A stretch of DNA of 54,925 bases, counting the filler, from Sphacelaria rigidula (taxonomy: Eukaryota), in NCBI GenBank assembly GCA_964200075.2. It is 6 parts of 6 records of this genome, joined end to end, with 100 filler letters (N's around TTAATTAATTAA, not from the genome) between each part and the next. Parts side by side here need not be neighbours in the genome. Positions count along the whole stretch, not along the records: positions 45,856 to 54,925 come from CAXNAA020009376.1; 5 more parts are not named here. One strand, 5' to 3'. The notes under the pieces are model-generated. The model was given only the letters and a program-made list of their open reading frames with translations, did not search any database and had not been told where the DNA came from. Positions 49,852-54,925 of the stretch are shown here, piece after piece. A program made the position numbers and the translations under genes. Position 1 is the stretch's first letter; every line of letters begins with the position of its first letter.

Positions 49852-51376
49852 TAGTGAAGGAAGAGAGGCCCTTGGCGATCGGGGGGAAGGGAAGTGAGTA
49901 CAAAGCACAACCAATAAGTAGGGAGAGGGTGAGTTGACCTTTTGGCTTGCCTGCGGTTCGTGTCAGTGGTGATGAAACATGCAGTCAAGGTAGTAGTGAT
50001 GCCGACAGTGCAAATGTCCAGGCTCAACCCTGCAGCTTCGGAGTTCTTCTCTAGAATGGGAACCGAACTGAACCCCGCAGCTGCTGCTCTATACCCTGCG
50101 TTGATGGAGATGAGACACGTACGAGTACGTATCAGATTCGGCAGACTGGAGATGGCGGCCGACGCGGGATGGGAAGGCTGCCCCCTCCCCACGACATCAA
50201 TACGCAAGGCAAGTACCGTGATAGACGTGCCAACAAAAAATCGGACCAGAAAAAAGCTCGCCCGTAAAATGAGGAGGCGGAGGAGACTAAGGAGAGTAGA
50301 GCAAAGAGAAAGACGCGTGAATATAAAGAAGGCTAAAGCTAGGTCGCGTAGTGGGGATCTCGAAGTGGCTACCTATAATGTCCGTACACTGTCCCTCACG
50401 GGAAAGAAGGGAGCTGGCCATGCTGAGGTGGTCCTGCAAAAATGTCATTAAGTCGAATGTGACGTCATCGGGCCACAGGAAACGAGGAGGCCAGGTCGAT
50501 TCGAATTTCGCGCGTCCGGATATCGTGTTTTTTGCTGCGGGGCAGAGGGGGATAAGGGAAGGGCTGGTCAACATAGGGTTGGGTTGGCGGTCAAGGAGTC
50601 GATCATCAGCAAGGCGATGTGGACTCAGGCACTTATCATCGAACGCCTCATGTCGATGACTTTTAATCCAGCGGGTGACTCAAATGCTGCTACGTTTGTA
50701 GTTGCATACGGCAAACACTCTACAGTCAAGAGAAGAGAGAGATATGCCCTGGACTGAGTTAGACGCCACTGTGAATCGTATCCCCCACAAACATCACCTG
50801 TTTCTTTATTTTAACTTGAATGGACGCGGGAACTGGGGTACGAACAGGGAGGAGGCCCCAAAAGTTAAAGGAGTATACGACCGAGACTCCTGATCCAACG
50901 ACTGTAACGGCACATCTCTAATGCAATTTGCAGAGACAACAGGCATTCCCCGGTCAACACGTTCTTTTCCACCCCCAAGGGAACCACCACTCGTACGCTA
51001 AACTATGTTGCGACTCTCCTAGCCGACAAAAAACTTTTTGACTACATCATCACACGGCAAGATCACCGCAGGCTTGTTCGCAATGTCATCGTCCACCTTC
51101 AATCTCCCACCTCGCCGGACTCCGACCACAACATAGTGTGTGCCTCAGTGCGGCTCCTTGGTCGCCTCGCACTCAGGAGACTTAGACGAATTCCAGTTGG
51201 GCGTACACCGATCGATAGACAGGCAACAGTATCTGACCCCAACAGACGTGAGCAGTTCACCCAGCTCATCATCAGCGAGCTCAAACATAGTATACCTGGT
51301 GATGCAGTTAGCCCACTCGCTACAAACTTGCCGACGTACTCTTTCTTGAGTACCACTGAAAAAGTGGTACCCCGTC
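49852..51376 (+). mobile_element. LINE (RTE/CR1-like) 5' fragment with degenerate AP-endonuclease; RT missing
   Basis: ATYNVRTL, CDVIGPQETR, GQHRVGLAV, VNTFF, FDYIITR and SDHNIV motifs appear in the correct order, interrupted by stops and frameshifts. Confidence 0.88.
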
Positions 51377-51960
51377 TGACCTTGTTCTAGTTTCAGAGGC
51401 TTCCGTCCTGTCAAGGGCTCCAGAGACTTCAAGATTCAAGCAGTTACATAAACAACTGTCTCCGTTAGATCAGAAGTGACCCTTGTCAGGATGATCATCA
51501 AATGCGTAGCACATTGTGTTTGCGAGGAGAGCGAAACAAGGGTCACTTCTGGTTCAACGAAGACAGCTGTTTGTGTAACTACTTGAGTCTTGAAGTTTCT
51601 GGAGCCGTTGACAGAGAGGAAGCCTCTGGAGCAGCACTGTGACCTTGTTCTGAAGTCAGACAAGTCTACTACAAACGTTTATTCATGTTCCGAAATATCC
51701 CACCATGAGGCCCGACATGCTACCTGCAGTTTCTTACCGCTGAAGCCCTTGATATCCTTGAGTGCGATATCAATATGAAGCTGTAAGCACACGCCAGTGT
51801 TACAGGCGAAGAAAGCACACACAGATTGAAAATTTGGTCAAGTTGAAGCGAGTGATCAAACCTACTCCAATCGACCCTCTACTCTCAATCTAACGATAAC
51901 CTTGTCGTTGTTGTTGTTTGGTGTAATCGGGCGATCCAAGTAGAAAACCCGTCACGTTGA

Positions 51961-52108
51961 AATTCCCCTTTGCTTGCACAGTGCTTTACCCCTAATTGCT
52001 TATTACAAGACGCTCTACTAAAATACATTTCGCAGAAATCCAGCTGTAGCCGATTTTGATTGGCTTTTCACCCCTAAGCTCAAGTCATCAATCATCCAAG
52101 AATTTTGA
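51961..52108 (-). pseudogene. rnl: Organellar (mitochondrial-type) LSU rRNA fragment, NUMT
   Basis: The minus strand reads GATGACTTGAGCTTAGGGGTGAAAAGCCAATCAAAATCGGCTACAGCTGGATTTCTGCGAAATGTATTTTAGTAGAGCG...GGGGTAAAGCACTGT. This matches the conserved domain II segment of bacterial-type 23S/LSU rRNA. Confidence 0.8.
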
Positions 52109-52616
52109 AGGAGATACTTGCGCCATATCGCAACGGAGATTACATCAAACGTAGTTAACACGCAATGCGAATGAAGGAAGGATCGCGCCGAGAGGAAGAG
52201 AACACAATCAGTTGCGTCGTTTGAAGGAGTCGTTTCAGGGCATGTAGACTCCGGGCAACATTGTTACCTTGATTTGGTACATGAATGCTCTGGAGAAAAT
52301 GCATAGCAGGCGTTCATAGGCTGGTTGATGGATAATGAGTCTGAGAGTATGATCGGTGGACTCCGTGATGTATGATGCATGCAATACGAGGTGAGCCGGT
52401 CACTTCTGGTTAACCAAGACATACTGTTTGTATAACTGCTTGAGTCTTGAAGTCTCTGGAGCCCGTGACGGGGAGGAAGCCTCTGGAGCAGCACTGTGAC
52501 CTTGTTCTGATTTCAGACAAGTCTATAGGTAGCTCCAGCGTCGTTTCGCTTTTGCAGCAGTGGAGACTCCGCCCATGTCAGTACCCTGCTCATGTGTAAC
52601 ACCCGTGATGCAGGAT

Positions 52617-53624
52617 TTAAAGACGAGACATCACTCGTTCCATCGTTCGACAGCATTGTCCCGTGCTTGCCGTCAGTGGTGCCTTTCCCGTCAGGTGACC
52701 GCAGTGATGGGCACCGAGGGGTGTCGCGGATGACGTACATAAGCTCGGGATGGCACCAGGCTGGGTACGGTGTTCGTTCCTAACTATACTGAAAATATTT
52801 TGGTCAGCCGTGTTTGAAGCGATGGTTAGGGTACTGGATGTAGATTTTTGCGGCTTTTGTGACGGCGTCGGTGACAAAGGGTTTACCGCGGGTCCTTGCC
52901 ATGCGATCGTTTGGTTGCAGGCACACGTCATAGCCCGGTATCGATCGACGCCGGAGCGGAATCCGCTCTGGCGCAGCCTCTTCGAGGGTACCTCGCAGTT
53001 TTTTTTCATGGCTATGGTTTGAGGGCTATGTAAAGATATGTTGGGGAGACAGGTCCTTACTGACGACGATGAAGGCAGCACAAATAGTGGACTTCTTCAG
53101 CATGTGCCCTGTGGGGTATATCGTCTTCATGCATGGTGCTTACAAGGGGGGAAAATAAGAAACTTATTTTACCGGTGAATCCCCTTTCGAACCACGGCTG
53201 GCGTGATCGGAGCGCGCCTCCGTGGGCAGATGACCGGGGTGAAATATTCGACGCACGCGAGGGTGTACAGCGTAGATTGCAAAAATACATGACCCCTTTC
53301 CGCGTATATGCCAGGGAAGACCATGGTCGCAAATATCATTGGGCGTTAATATTGTGGGGGGGCGATGCTCTTGCTCACATCCGTCCCCCATACATAAGTA
53401 GCAGCATTCGTGTAAGTCTCCTTCGAAGGTAAGTTGTAGATTTTGGGAGACCGCAGCACCTGGCGGCGGGCGTTGGCTGAACCAGGGCCAACAATCGTGA
53501 CTTGTAACATATCCCGACATACAATTTCCTTCTCTGATCCTTCGAGGCGCTTCAATATTGCAATCAAAGACCCGGATCCAATGGGGGAGCCGCAAGCACG
53601 CGAAACATGTACGAGCTGGACAAC
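52617..53624 (-). CDS. Possible exons of an unidentified gene
   Basis: CAG acceptor at 53625 followed by an open frame (VVQLVHVSRACGSPIGSGSLIAILKRLEGSEKEIVCRD...), plus a 154-codon open frame at 53081-52617. No domain recognised. Confidence 0.25.
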
Positions 53625-54925
53625 CTGACAGTGATTTTGCTAATGTATCCGGGCCGGGCGTTGGATAATCCGAAGCGTTATTGGGCGCTGAAATTTCAAG
53701 ACAACATTTTTATCATCACCACGCACAAGGTTCCCGCGGATGCCAAGAAAAAAATAATAACAGGAAGATAGAGCGATTTGAATCTTCTGTAAAAGCTGGA
53801 AAAAAGCTTTCACTCGATGGAAATAAAGAGACACGGGGGGCATCCCCAATGTAAATGTGCGTCTTTGTGTGGAGGAGATCCTGCTTAAATTTTGGCCAAA
53901 AATTCCAGAAATTTGGCGTAGCATCCAACTTTTCGTGTGACACGGCTGCGCTTCTTTCATCCATGCAAGTGATGCAGTCGGCTCCAGTTATGGAGGTCAC
54001 GAGTTCGAATCCCGAAAAATGACTTTTTTTGTTCCGCCGGCTAAGTGGTACATTATGCAATATATATATATATATATATTTGATTTTTTTTCGTTCAGCG
54101 TCCGTCCCGTGCGTTACCACGTTGGTCTGCAGGTCATCCACGCGCGGCCATTCGGCTACCTGTAGAGGATTTTGTGAAATGAAACCCTCCCTGGTGTCCG
54201 TTTTTAAAATGCCCTCTAGAGGATATTGGGCATTTGTAATCCTTTAGAGGGTATTTGGGCATTTGTAATCAATCCTCTAGAGGGTTTTCAAGGTTGGGGT
54301 CTCCCTCGAACGTCTGTGTCGAAATCCTCTCGATTGTTTTTGAAGCACGCACATGCTATGGAAAATTCAATTTGGGAAACCTCTGCGGTTCGAAAGAAAT
54401 CCTTCATACCCGACGTCGGGCAGAAATGATATTTTTAGAACAGCATAGGCTGTACAAATCTCATATACACTGGTAGGTGGAATTTGTAAAGCAAAAGCTG
54501 TTCGAAACAAATCTTCCTTTTGCCCATCAATTCATCCCGTAATCGAGCAAAGGAAAGACTTGTTTACGAGCAACCTCTGCTGTTCAAGTCCCACATACGA
54601 GTGTATGTTCACACGGCCGCGCTATGCAGCATTAGCCGGTGGGTATATGAAGAAGGAAGGGGACATACCTTGCTCTTGTGTGCATACAGGTTTTCAAAAC
54701 CCCGTAGTCCGTGGTCTACGAATCGAACATAAACAGCGGAACCTGTTTTTCATGCATGTACTTTGATATGACAATAACGAGAATAAGCACGCGGTTTGGT
54801 GCTGTATATACGGGACTGCGTACACTACCGTACAGGACAACAGTATTATATATCGTGCTTACACATGTACGGTGCAATATACTGCAGAGTTATAGCGTGG
54901 CATATGGGCTACGTATGGCTATACA

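Larger units (their letters stand above)
49655..52525. repeat. Fragments of a ~280-bp local repeat: direct 49655-49851, 51541-51668 and 52243-52525; inverted 51394-51482
   Basis: Shared strings TGTAGACTCCGGGCAACAT, GGACTCCGTGATGTATGATG, GGTCACTTC and GAGGAAGCCTCTGGAGCAGCACTGTGACCTTGTTCTGA. Confidence 0.8.

Noticed and set aside
53960..54015. tRNA/SINE head around GAGTTCGAATCC
   Set aside because: A B-box-like motif only; no convincing A box, cloverleaf or second copy.
27515..54925. One giant minus-strand gene spanning contigs 4-6
   Set aside because: The segments are length-sorted independent contigs, so exons cannot be joined across linkers.

Overview
Eukaryotic, intron-rich and repeat-rich DNA. 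The GT-AG multi-exon genes, microsatellites, and LINE/SINE/MITE content suggest a brown alga (Phaeophyceae, Ectocarpus-like); this is inference. The window is not one locus. It is six independent contigs of 9072, 9071, 9071, 9071, 9070 and 9070 bp, sorted by length and joined by an artificial 100-nt linker (44N-TTAATTAATTAA-44N), so nothing should be linked across the gaps. Contig 1 holds the 3' exons of a TLC-domain membrane protein gene plus a possible unknown gene. Contig 2 holds a 3' LINE fragment and a full-length but degenerate chromodomain-bearing Ty3/Gypsy element with LTRs, a GTAC TSD and no tRNA PBS. Contig 3 holds eight exons of an RPGRIP1L/fantom-like C2 protein with EF-hand-like and IQ motifs. 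Contig 4 holds a CHD-type chromodomain gene fragment with hAT and mariner-type MITEs and a SINE. Contig 5 holds unidentified exons, a SINE and MITEs. Contig 6 is a transposon nest: an RT-IN fused Gypsy remnant, a piggyBac-like MITE, a pogo-like element, a perfect hairpin, a LINE endonuclease and a mitochondrial LSU rRNA NUMT. I found no CRISPR array or clearly new enzymatic system. The best novelty candidates are possible self-priming of the chromovirus, the calcium-sensing RPGRIP1L architecture, a tRNA-Pro SINE family and an 81-nt perfect hairpin.
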